DNA of 64,000 nucleotides from IMG/VR virus record IMGVR_UViG_3300050122_000263, positions 1 to 64,000 of that record; one strand, 5' to 3'. Shown piece by piece: positions 9,312 to 18,009 of this stretch (position 1 is its first letter; each line of letters starts with the position of its first letter). The notes under the pieces were generated by a model. It saw only the letters and a program-made list of their open reading frames with translations, ran no database searches and was not told where the DNA came from. The position numbers and the translations under genes were made by a program.

Positions 9312-11759
9312 CTAGAGCACTGGTGGTTGGGATGACCATTGATCAATACGGTTCTGTTCAGCTGTGACTCGAGGTGGTAAAGTCTGAGTTCCGGCAGGTG
9401 GCGGTTGTTGAGCACCGCCAATGATGGCCCGTGTGCCTCTTTGCCCCCGTCTCGGAGGAGTTCTCGCTTGTGACCGAGCTGGGGGTTGAGCTTGACGTTG
9501 CGGGCTACGAGCTGCAGCCGGAGTTGGCAGTTGCTGCACCGGTTGGGTTGGTTGAGCAAATGGTCCTGCCACTGGAACCACAGAGGCCATACGAACCGGT
9601 TGGCCAGGCTGAGTCGGAGGTGCAAAGAGTCCAGTTGAAACTGCCGGTGCCATAGGGCCTGTAAGAGGTACCACAGGAGCCATGACTGGGTTAGCGGGAG
9701 GCACCAGTGGCTCTCGTCTAGCGGTTCTTTCTGGAGTTCTGGGAGTGAATCCGCGACCTTCTCCTCTCCCGAATCCGCGGCCTCGCCCTCCTTGTTCAAA
9801 TCCTCCGCGCCCTCTTCCTTCTTCACCCCTGCCTCTTCCAAATCCACGCCCTTCAGCTCGCCCTCTTCCTTCTCCCCTTCCAAAACCCCTACCTCCTCTC
9901 CCAAAACCTCCACGTCCGAAGCCACCTCGACCTCTGCCATAACCCTGAGTAGCTCGACGCTCAGCCAACTGCTGTGCTACAATGCGTTGCTCTCGGTGGA
10001 AGCCAGCCTCTTCTGGGCTGTATTCATAAAGAGTGTGATCACGTGGTTGCCAAAGGCGGCGCAGAATCTCGGCTCGTTCTGGCATAAGTTGAATTTGGTT
10101 AACCGCGTCGTATATACGTTTGCGGTCTGCTGGGGGCAGGATCGCAATACCTCTGCTAACGTCATTAACGCCATCAAGTTCAACGATAAAGTCGAGAGGG
10201 AAGAGATCAGTGATGGGACTGAATCTGCCCTGATGGATGCCCATTAGAGTACGGAACTCGGGTTGAATCAACTCCCGAGACTGCAGTGGAATAACAGCCA
10301 TCAACTGATGGGCCGGGCTGTAGACTATCTTCTGAGCAGCGGCCCAGATAGCGGGCGGTGTTGTCAAACTCTGCACAATGAGTGGCATATCAATGATCAT
10401 GGGGGAATGAAGGTAGGGATAATACCAATCGCCATTAACAGCTGCTGTACCCTCGGTGTAGTAGATAAGGGTCCAAGCCAGACCAGTCAGATAATGTTGC
10501 ACCATATCCCTAACAGCCTCAACTGTGACTGGGAATAATGGACCAGTCACCATCTGCGGGATGGCTATGCCTTCAGGCGTCATAACTGGAGCAGGTGGAG
10601 CATAGCGATTGATCAGTTGCAGTACAAGGTCAGCTGTCTCTAGATTCTGGGCTCCCAATTCGTTCTGATACCAGAGTGTGCGAAATTTCTCTGGGTAGAA
10701 CTTGCCCTGGTTCAGTGAAGCCTTGAGAAAACGCGAGGGGTAAGTCACCTCAGTCACAGAGGCTACTGCCAGCAGTTGTTGTTCCACCGGCACCAGTGCT
10801 TGCAAGAATCTGGCAAAGTTAGCCCAGTGAATCTCTAGATGAACTTCTGGCTCACTGGGCCCACCCTGCAGTGCTAGCGTGAATGTCTCCGCTTCCACCT
10901 CTTGAGTCAACGGTAGCCTGAGGCTCTGATAGATAGCGATCATCGCATCAATCGATTCATTCAGATTGCCCAGAGCTGGACCGTGAGGTAGGAAATCATT
11001 GCCAGTTAGGTACATCATGAGTACGAAGTCTGGGATGGCTGATTCCGTGGCAAGCAGGTTGCCAATAGCCTCTCTCAGGTTGTCGATCTGAACGTTGTCT
11101 CTGATATCTTCGCGGGTCAGGATAATTCGCTCAACTGGTGCTAACATAGCGAGCATGATGAGATCTGCATCAAGCCCGTAGAGTACATGATAGCCTTCAT
11201 CTTCGCGTCCGGTTGAAACTTCGCCACGACGATAAAGGTCCATAATCTTGTGTTCACCTTCGCCTGCTGTGTTGGGTCCGCTGTAAATCACCTTGGGTGG
11301 CAATATGGGCCTATTCTTGACGATCCAACTCTGTAGAAAGTTGTCAAGACGGGCCATAAACTCGGTGCCGGGAGTGATGGCATTGCTATCGAACTCCTTC
11401 GGTTTCCTGGCCGAGGCCGCCTTATAACGGCGTTGTCTTTGTTGTTGAATCTTTGCCATAGGAGCCACTCCATCAATGGCAATAATTAATGTGTCATTAG
11501 GCCCAATGGCCGTGATGTTATTCATCAAGGTTGTATTGAGCTTCTCATAGAAACGCACTTCCATCAAATGTGGATCGGTCTCTGCTACTATCGCTGCAAG
11601 CTTAGGATTATTTTGAGGCCAAACCTCAAGTCTGACCTGATGGATCATGCCATTCAAATCGAATGACAATGAAGATACCCTTCCGGGAAACCCACGCCAA
11701 AGGACTCCTTTAAAGGCCTTTGGGACCAACCAACGCCCATAGAAACCGGGTATTCCCAT
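9312..11759 (-). CDS. XRN-family 5'-3' exoribonuclease with RGG and Pro/Gln-rich C-terminal tail
   Basis: MGIPGFY, FDLNGMIH, IAIDGVAPMAKIQQQRQRRY, FDSNAITPGTEFM, GEGEHKI, YGLDADLIML, GNDFLPH. Confidence 0.95.
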   Translation of the reverse strand: MGIPGFYGRWLVPKAFKGVLWRGFPGRVSSLSFDLNGMIHQVRLEVWPQNNPKLAAIVAETDPHLMEVRFYEKLNTTLMNNITAIGPNDTLIIAIDGVAPMAKIQQQRQRRYKAASARKPKEFDSNAITPGTEFMARLDNFLQSWIVKNRPILPPKVIYSGPNTAGEGEHKIMDLYRRGEVSTGREDEGYHVLYGLDADLIMLAMLAPVERIILTREDIRDNVQIDNLREAIGNLLATESAIPDFVLMMYLTGNDFLPHGPALGNLNESIDAMIAIYQSLRLPLTQEVEAETFTLALQGGPSEPEVHLEIHWANFARFLQALVPVEQQLLAVASVTEVTYPSRFLKASLNQGKFYPEKFRTLWYQNELGAQNLETADLVLQLINRYAPPAPVMTPEGIAIPQMVTGPLFPVTVEAVRDMVQHYLTGLAWTLIYYTEGTAAVNGDWYYPYLHSPMIIDMPLIVQSLTTPPAIWAAAQKIVYSPAHQLMAVIPLQSRELIQPEFRTLMGIHQGRFSPITDLFPLDFIVELDGVNDVSRGIAILPPADRKRIYDAVNQIQLMPERAEILRRLWQPRDHTLYEYSPEEAGFHREQRIVAQQLAERRATQGYGRGRGGFGRGGFGRGGRGFGRGEGRGRAEGRGFGRGRGEEGRGRGGFEQGGRGRGFGRGEGRGFTPRTPERTARREPLVPPANPVMAPVVPLTGPMAPAVSTGLFAPPTQPGQPVRMASVVPVAGPFAQPTQPVQQLPTPAAARSPQRQAQPPARSQARTPPRRGQRGTRAIIGGAQQPPPAGTQTLPPRVTAEQNRIDQWSSQPPVL
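9760..9945 (-). repeat. RGG/RG low-complexity coding repeat in XRN tail
   Basis: GYGRGRGGFGRGGFGRGGRGFGRGEGRGRAEGRGFGRGRGEEGRGRGGFEQGGRGRGFGRGEGRGF. Confidence 0.9.
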
Positions 11760-12034
11760 CTTCTGTGTGGCTTGATTTTCTGCGATAAAAATAACTTTAA
11801 CTCAATTATTTGCCGATTGGTCCTGATTTTTCCTTGTGCGTTTAATTCTGTTCTAATTAGGCATAATGTTGGTTTGAGCTGGATATTCAAATATCTGGTT
11901 ATGTTAAGGCTAGGATAGAAATTTCTATATTTTGGGTCTAGTTATGAAGACTTACAGGTTCCAATGGGTAATATAGTGGATGAGACAGATCGATTTAGAT
12001 GCTCAAACTTCCAGTAACTTAAGCCTAGAGCTAG

Positions 12035-12056
12035 AATTTGTCTTATAAGACAAATT
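12035..12056 (-). terminator. Perfect 22-bp palindrome 3' of gene
   Basis: AATTTGTCTTA|TAAGACAAATT, 2 nt past the stop at 12059. Confidence 0.7.
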
Positions 12057-12058
12057 TT

Positions 12059-12568
12059 TTAATTAACGAGGGACTCTAATGCCAGAGTCTTATCATCTTC
12101 CATGCTAGCTCGATATTCCTCAGCCAGCTCCTCAACTTCCTCTTGCTCCTCTTCATCGTAGCGATTGGTGATATCGAACATGACACAGTCCCAGCTGCAG
12201 TAATAGCCGAACCAGCCAGCTCCTGGGTGAGGCATCCTGAAGGGCTGCTCTGGATTGGTCTTCTCACATAGGAAACATAAAGTGAGATCTTCATCTTCTT
12301 CCTCCCAGCACTGACAGCTGGCCAAATCGTGGGGACATTCCTCATCCTCCTTCTCATCTTTGAGTTGGTTGCCAGGGTGATCTGAGTCATCATCTTCATC
12401 CTCCTCTTCACCTGTGTTTGTTTGATCCAACTGCATGACTAGGTCAAGTAGCACAGGAGGTAGTGGGAAGCTTAGATGTACAATCTTCTCTTCCGCCATA
12501 ATGGCTGGAATTTGAACTGCTGTTTCTGGGGCGTGTTCTGGGGCGTGTTCTACGACTGTTTCCTGCAT
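12059..12568 (-). CDS. Highly acidic protein with putative MYM/TRASH-like zinc finger
   Basis: CFLC...YYCSWDC plus CPH...CQC; long D/E tracts. Confidence 0.55.
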   Translation of the reverse strand: MQETVVEHAPEHAPETAVQIPAIMAEEKIVHLSFPLPPVLLDLVMQLDQTNTGEEEDEDDDSDHPGNQLKDEKEDEECPHDLASCQCWEEEDEDLTLCFLCEKTNPEQPFRMPHPGAGWFGYYCSWDCVMFDITNRYDEEEQEEVEELAEEYRASMEDDKTLALESLVN

Positions 12569-12650
12569 CGTTTTGGCTTGAACTAAAACAAGGTTGGGAA
12601 AGTCGCTTTCAACTCTGTTACAGAATAACTCTGTGTTCTGGTCTGAGTAA

Positions 12651-12672
12651 TCATTAAATCCAGATTTAATGA
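12651..12672 (-). terminator. 3' hairpin of protease gene
   Basis: TCATTAAATC-CA-GATTTAATGA, about 50 nt past the stop. Confidence 0.55.
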
Positions 12673-12722
12673 GATTTAGTATTCTTCAACTCTGAGAGTT
12701 TAACCACAAGTATATGAGATAC

Positions 12723-14366
12723 TCAGATATTAAACACTTTGGCGATGTATGCATCTTCCTTCTTAGCTTTCTGCCAGTCAATGATAAATAGATCCTCTTC
12801 ATCACTAATGAAGGTAATAAATTGAGTGTTGAGGAGAAGAGCGGCCTCAAGCTCTTCTACCGTACCAACTTTTACTCCATTGACTGTCTTGAGGGATATG
12901 CCTTCACGGAAGTTATTCAGACTAGCAGCAGCAGTATCGGGGAAGACTTGAGTGATGATTAACTTCGACTTGAAACGCTTTGGTCCTTTGCCATAAGAGC
13001 GGAGATTGGGATAGAACTCTAAGTGATTAAGTGTCAATTCCACTATACAAAGTCCAGCAATTATCTTGTACTGAAATGGAGTGAAGCGGGGGTAGAGCCT
13101 AGTCCTAACAGTGGAGGATACAAACTGGAATTCTCCAGCAATCTTATACCAGCTACAAGCTGATTGTACTGGTAAACTTGGGATTGAGTTTGAAGTTGAG
13201 CTCAGAGCAGGCGAGCGGTAAACTACCAAAGAGACCGGAGCGCCTATGGGTAGTGTGTCAAAGATTTCCTTGATTGAGATCTTGCGACATGGCTCTTGAA
13301 TATCTCGACTGCTAGCTGCACAAAAGTCTAGGTTAACATCCCCAAATGAATCAATCTGACCTACAACTACTCGCCCTGCCTGTTGGCTAGTCTGGGGCCG
13401 GACAACATCAAAAGCGTCTGAATTTCCACTGTAGATATCAAGGTAGTTGATCTCCATTATGATATCTCCTTGTGACAGACCTTCTATGCCGGTAGATGAT
13501 TTAAAGCAGCTATTAGGGTAGACTTGTTTGATATAAACTCCTCCACCTTCTCTGATAACTTCGCCATCGTTAGGGCAGAGCTTGTGAAATAGATCTTGAT
13601 TAGTCCGGTTGAACTCAAACGAGTACTTTGGTGTAATCAGCACGTAGGGAATAGTTAAGGTATTATCTGTCACGGGCGCGGCCATCTCTCTATAAACACT
13701 GAGAACTGTGCGCGAACCAATAGCATATCCAATGTTCTGAGAGAAGAGATAGCCTGCCGCGTTGATGCCAATAACCTGTCCCATCCTGTTGACCAGGGGA
13801 CCTCCACTATTACCCTTGTTGATGGGAGCTGTAATCTGAATGAAACTGGGTTCTTCCTCCCCGTTACCCTCGTCTTCATCCTCTTCCTGCTCATCATCGT
13901 TTGGCGTGTTGCTGTGAAAGCCCGAGACCACCCCAGTTACAAAGTTCACATTCTTGTGACCCATTGGGAAGCCTATAGCCATCACTTTATCTGTTTCTCG
14001 AACACTTGCACTATCTCCAAAGACCATATTGAGAGGCTTCTTGGCTGAGTTTGAGGCTAGTTTCAGCAAATCCTGATCGCTGATCTGACATAGAGCTACA
14101 TCTTTCTCGCGACAGATCGAAATAAGTCTCAGTGTCATATCATATGCTCCAAGCTGGGCCACGCGAGCGCCTATCACAATTGCATCAGCAACCACATGCG
14201 CATTAGTTAAAACCAGGCCTCTATCGATATCCACAATAAAACCACTGCCTGAAATTATTTCATCCCTTGGCGGACGGTAAGGCCTGACAGGAGAGTAGAT
14301 AGCCCGTGAGACCCGAATCTGCAACACTGAGTTCCTGTAGCGCTCCTGAATGGTGGCCCAGTCCAT
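12723..14366 (-). CDS. Trypsin-like (HtrA/DegP-type) serine protease with PDZ-like regions
   Basis: GSGFIVD, LTNAHVV (His), KDVAL (Asp), INKGNSGGPLVN (Ser); C-terminal TVNGVKVGTVEEL resembles PDZ. Confidence 0.92.
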   Translation of the reverse strand: MDWATIQERYRNSVLQIRVSRAIYSPVRPYRPPRDEIISGSGFIVDIDRGLVLTNAHVVADAIVIGARVAQLGAYDMTLRLISICREKDVALCQISDQDLLKLASNSAKKPLNMVFGDSASVRETDKVMAIGFPMGHKNVNFVTGVVSGFHSNTPNDDEQEEDEDEGNGEEEPSFIQITAPINKGNSGGPLVNRMGQVIGINAAGYLFSQNIGYAIGSRTVLSVYREMAAPVTDNTLTIPYVLITPKYSFEFNRTNQDLFHKLCPNDGEVIREGGGVYIKQVYPNSCFKSSTGIEGLSQGDIIMEINYLDIYSGNSDAFDVVRPQTSQQAGRVVVGQIDSFGDVNLDFCAASSRDIQEPCRKISIKEIFDTLPIGAPVSLVVYRSPALSSTSNSIPSLPVQSACSWYKIAGEFQFVSSTVRTRLYPRFTPFQYKIIAGLCIVELTLNHLEFYPNLRSYGKGPKRFKSKLIITQVFPDTAAASLNNFREGISLKTVNGVKVGTVEELEAALLLNTQFITFISDEEDLFIIDWQKAKKEDAYIAKVFNI

Positions 14367-14461
14367 CCTTTCTTAGGCTGAAAATATTTGTCACAACTTA
14401 TAGGTGACTCTTAGAGTGAATATTAGCAGCAAAAGTTAATATTTGGGAGAAGATAGTGAGA

Positions 14462-14482
14462 AGACATTTAAACAAAATGTCT
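14462..14482 (-). terminator. 3' hairpin of TBP-like gene
   Basis: AGACATTT-AAACA-AAATGTCT. Confidence 0.5.
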
Positions 14483-14520
14483 CATGGGTTGAGGGGGGGG
14501 GGGTTAGGGGGTATACGAGC

Positions 14521-15762
14521 TTAAACTTTAACAACTGCCCTAGGTGTCGTTTTGGGTCCAAAGCCAAAGTCTGCTAGTGTAAATGGTGTAGCTGGAGTTC
14601 GATTGGCGCAATATTTCAGATTCTGGTATTGGTATTTCAGATGTTCATTGAGGTACTTAGCTTCGATATTGCCAATATACGGGGTTGTAGGTAAACTCTG
14701 AGGAGCTGTCTGGAATAGAGCCTCGGTCTGTCTGATCCAGTTGAGATGAGCATAGATGCCATTCATGAAGCGATAGTAGGCCTGGGCCATCTCCTGACCG
14801 TCTGGGCCTGATTGAGTCACTTTGCCCGACTGGTAGATGAGGAATGTATGGCGAGCCTTGTTGCGTTTGCGCATAATATTCCATTCACTCTTAACTGGCA
14901 CATAAGGTAGTTCGACTCTGACATGGAAGTCCATCGCATTGTCGTATGAGGCGAAGAAGCCGTCATAACCGTCCATAGCGACAGAGAGCATGTAGCGGTT
15001 GACATGAAAACCGAGCCAGTAATTACGGTTGACCATTGCTTTGTTGACAGGACCAGCTCTCATGTTGTCAGTCATGATCTTAGAATACTGCAGCACCCAA
15101 TCTAGCTTCTCACAATAGTCGCTGTGGTAGACGAAGTCCAGGGCGTAGTTCAACAGATAATAGGCTAACTGCTTGTTGCCAGGACAGACTGACCAGTTGC
15201 AAGGCGTGACTATCTCATGATCAATTGTCTCCTCTTCCAACTCAATAAGGGGCTGAGCACTGAACATGGTGCTAACATTGCGAGTGACAGATTGTCCCTT
15301 ACTGAATGTCTTTATCCACCTGATGACAGCACAGGCCTCCTCCTGGTTGTGCTGGATCCAATCCAGCATGTTCTGAATGGATTGCAGATTCTCCAACAGT
15401 AGTTTGACTGCTTCATTGCCATTCTCCTCGGAACAGGCACCACACATGTGAATCGTTTCAGGCGAGAGCTTAATGTTGACGTTCTTGCGCTCGGTCGAGA
15501 TATCAAGAGTGACTGAGTTCTTGAAGTATTTGGAGGAGGAGGAGCGGATCAGCCCCCTAGTAAGGCCTCGGTAGCGAAGAGAGAGAATTGCTCCGGGAAC
15601 AGCACAATGTTCTGGCTTGTATTTCTTGCTCTGACGGGTCTTAGCTGTCAAAGCGAGCAAGGTAATCGGCAACAGATTAAATGCCATTCCAATATCAACC
15701 ACTCCCTCCAACGGGTAGACCAAAGTCATGGTCGAAACTGGCAAATCCTCAAAACGCCGCAT
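14521..15762 (-). CDS. Divergent TATA-box-binding-protein-like factor with long insertion between the two repeats
   Basis: Repeat 1: STMTLVYPL...YFKNSVTLDI...NIKLSPETIHMCGACSEENGNEA; repeat 2: AMVNRNYWLGFHVN...SYDN...HTFLIYQSGKVTQSGP...EMAQAYYRF, matching TBP LIFxSGKxVxTG. Confidence 0.7.
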   Translation of the reverse strand: MRRFEDLPVSTMTLVYPLEGVVDIGMAFNLLPITLLALTAKTRQSKKYKPEHCAVPGAILSLRYRGLTRGLIRSSSSKYFKNSVTLDISTERKNVNIKLSPETIHMCGACSEENGNEAVKLLLENLQSIQNMLDWIQHNQEEACAVIRWIKTFSKGQSVTRNVSTMFSAQPLIELEEETIDHEIVTPCNWSVCPGNKQLAYYLLNYALDFVYHSDYCEKLDWVLQYSKIMTDNMRAGPVNKAMVNRNYWLGFHVNRYMLSVAMDGYDGFFASYDNAMDFHVRVELPYVPVKSEWNIMRKRNKARHTFLIYQSGKVTQSGPDGQEMAQAYYRFMNGIYAHLNWIRQTEALFQTAPQSLPTTPYIGNIEAKYLNEHLKYQYQNLKYCANRTPATPFTLADFGFGPKTTPRAVVKV

Positions 15763-15977
15763 CCTTTTATGAATAGCGTTTTCAGGCTTTAAGTCTTATT
15801 CAGTTGTGGATTCTGACGCTCACACTGTGTGGAACAGTGGAATGTTTCTTCATAATAGGCCCGTTGAACCTTAACAAGATGTATGATAAGGAACAAAAAC
15901 TATCTCAAATTTACTTGTCACCCTGTAGATATCCCAAGATTGGGATATTTTTAATTTTTATTTTCTCGGGTGAAAAG

Positions 15978-16196
15978 ATGGATAACAGAGATATCTACAT
16001 CGTAGTTCGAAGTGTCTCAGGGCATGCCTCGGGTATCGATCTGTTGGGTTGGTTTAAAACCGATAAGGAGGCCTTTGAGGCTATAGAGGCCGAACCAGCA
16101 AGAATGAAGCAAGGAGCCAGTTTCACGGTTTGGTGTGCTCCGCCCGCTTGTCTCAAGGAATCGACGTTGAGAACAACAGTCTCACTGGACGGTTAA
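15978..16196 (+). CDS. Small hypothetical protein
   Basis: ATG in AAAAGATG context at 15978; stop runs into a hairpin. Confidence 0.55.
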   Translation: MDNRDIYIVVRSVSGHASGIDLLGWFKTDKEAFEAIEAEPARMKQGASFTVWCAPPACLKESTLRTTVSLDG

Positions 16197-16219
16197 ATTT
16201 GCTTTCGCAAAGCAAATTT
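16195..16219. terminator. 3' hairpin between convergent genes
   Basis: AAATTTGCTTT-CGC-AAAGCAAATTT. Confidence 0.7.
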
Positions 16220-16247
16220 CAAATACAACGGGTTGTGGACTCAAGGC

Positions 16248-16601
16248 TTATTTATTCTGATCTAGAGCTCTCTGTGCTCTCCGTTCTCTTAAGAGTTGTC
16301 TTATCTCCTCGATCTCAAGATCGGTGAAAGGCAGTTCAGCTGCTTGTCCTGGTGGACCGGGAGGCCCAGGAGGTCCTGCTGGCCCTTGATCCCCGCCTCG
16401 GGGATTTAGAGCAGGGAAACCATAGGCAGCCTGGCGTCTAGCAACTTCAATATCATTCATTTCTACTGGCCCTATAATGCCTCCAAATCCATGTGGAGCT
16501 AGTCTAATCTGATTTTCTCTACCAAGACCAGGATGATTTCCATGTGCGACGTTAAGAGCAGCGAAACCAATCAAAATATTTTCATCCTTGCGCTCATCCA
16601 T
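16248..16601 (-). CDS. Small protein with mini collagen stretch and C-terminal helix
   Basis: DQGPAGPPGPPGPPGQA then FTDLEIEEIRQLLRERR; ATG at 16601 in AAAAATG context. Confidence 0.65.
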   Translation of the reverse strand: MDERKDENILIGFAALNVAHGNHPGLGRENQIRLAPHGFGGIIGPVEMNDIEVARRQAAYGFPALNPRGGDQGPAGPPGPPGPPGQAAELPFTDLEIEEIRQLLRERRAQRALDQNK

Positions 16602-16631
16602 TTTTACAGAAAATTCAGAGCAGATGCACAA

Positions 16632-16639
16632 TCAATTTT
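16632..16639 (-). promoter_or_regulatory. AAAATTGA motif (Mimivirus early-promoter consensus)
   Basis: Exact octamer on minus strand about 30 nt upstream of ATG 16601. Confidence 0.45.
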
Positions 16640-16833
16640 ATCAGAATAGCACAGACCACTGTGATGCTGATACTTGTGCCTTTAACCATAACTATATCGT
16701 TAATAGGGATATCATCTCTGTACAGGTCTTCCGGTTCATCCTCGCGAGCCTCTAGCCTATGATCTTCAACAAGTTTGTTCTGAGACATCTTTCAAACTGA
16801 GATGTATCTTTCAGAGGCATATCATTCCCATAT

Positions 16834-17571
16834 TTATCTTTTCTTGCCCAGGAGTGCTAGAACCACTAAACCCAATTTCTCAGCCTGTAGCTCAAGCAAA
16901 TCTTGATGTAAACAACAGCGTTTAACCAAATCCACTGTCGGAGCCGTCCAGTCCCGCCCTGTCTTGTTGACTGACAGTACAGCGCTGAGATGATCCAACT
17001 TGGCTTGGGCTGCAACACCACCCAGAAAATCCATGAAGGTGTTCATGCGCAGCTCAAAGTTGCAAAATCTCAGAATCTCCAACTCCAGCTTGAAGACAAT
17101 ACCATTATTACAGAAGAGCTCAGCTTCCATGATAGCACTGAAGGGACTGTCATAATACTTACCTGCCAAGGCCATACAGACAGAAGCTAGCTCCTCCGAA
17201 TAAACTGCTTGGCTAGCAGTGCTAACAGATTGTCCTGAGAATTTCTGTGGGAATCCGGGAGTTTCCGGTTGTGGCTGAAAATCGTTGACGAAGCGATCTC
17301 CCATTACAACTGCATATGTAGCGGCTTCCAGACTAGCAGCATAGTCATGATGGATGATAAAAATTATTTCTACAAATTTCTCCCTAGTGATGGGGGCGAT
17401 ATCTTGAATATCACGTAACACGTGTTTGCCTGATTTCTTGTCCTGGTTCAGGCAGAGGCTGAAATAAGGACTCTGGTTCACTTGAGCGTCTGTTATGCCA
17501 ACAGCTGGGTCTACATCGATTGTCATAACCATTTCTACACGTTCTGGTCCTTCTCGGCTATTTAACTGCAT
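16834..17571 (-). CDS. Cyclin (cyclin N-terminal box)
   Basis: REKFVEIIF...AATYAVVMGDRFV...LASVCMALAGKYYD...VFKLELEILRFCNFEL..NTFMDFL follows the cyclin-box helix pattern. Confidence 0.8.
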   Translation of the reverse strand: MQLNSREGPERVEMVMTIDVDPAVGITDAQVNQSPYFSLCLNQDKKSGKHVLRDIQDIAPITREKFVEIIFIIHHDYAASLEAATYAVVMGDRFVNDFQPQPETPGFPQKFSGQSVSTASQAVYSEELASVCMALAGKYYDSPFSAIMEAELFCNNGIVFKLELEILRFCNFELRMNTFMDFLGGVAAQAKLDHLSAVLSVNKTGRDWTAPTVDLVKRCCLHQDLLELQAEKLGLVVLALLGKKR

Positions 17572-17662
17572 CTAGTTTACAAAAATGTGAGAAGAAGCTA
17601 AAGTGTCAGTTATTTTGTCTTTTCCATCATCATTTGATAGATGTATAGCTCAACAGTGCTAA

Positions 17663-17783
17663 ACTCATCCCATGGGATGAGTAGGGGCTATGTCCGACAG
17701 GTATGTCGGTCGACGCTCTAAATAGCACTGTCGACATCCCCACTTTCACTCATAGATAAAGGCTTCACAATACTGAAGCCTTT
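17663..17783. other. Cluster of palindromes/hairpins in divergent intergenic region
   Basis: Perfect ACTCATCCCA|TGGGATGAGT (17663-17682); nested GGGG..CCCC element (17684-17741); AAAGGCTTCA-N6-TGAAGCCTTT (17758-17783). Confidence 0.6.
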
Positions 17784-18009
17784 AATCACCACATAACAAG
17801 CATAACTTCAGAGATAGTTACTTGTTGTCACAACACCAAATCTAACGTAGTTGAGCTAAAATATAACTCAGGTCTGCTCTTAGAGGGCCGAGCAATTGGG
17901 TGATGGGAGATTACGTTATTTTCCAAATCATGATGGCCCTAATTATATAACATATCGGGCGAAGAATTTAAAATTGGTTGTGTTCTGCCTTTTTATTTGT
18001 CCGGTAAAG

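Noticed and set aside
9299-10247. Glu-rich ORF 9299..9940 and Pro/Ser-rich ORFs 9682..9942 and 9792..10247
   Set aside because: Alternate-frame and antisense readings of the XRN RGG/Pro-rich tail.
17684-17741. Possible tRNA
   Set aside because: About 58 nt, no TTCGA T-loop, no recognisable D-loop or anticodon arm; kept only as a generic structured element.
17896-18009. TTG-start extension of the D5 gene (and similar TTG/GTG extensions at 15804, 28059, 30483, 49488, 52419, 57517)
   Set aside because: The extensions cover AT-rich promoter-like DNA, and downstream ATGs have the A-rich context seen across the window.
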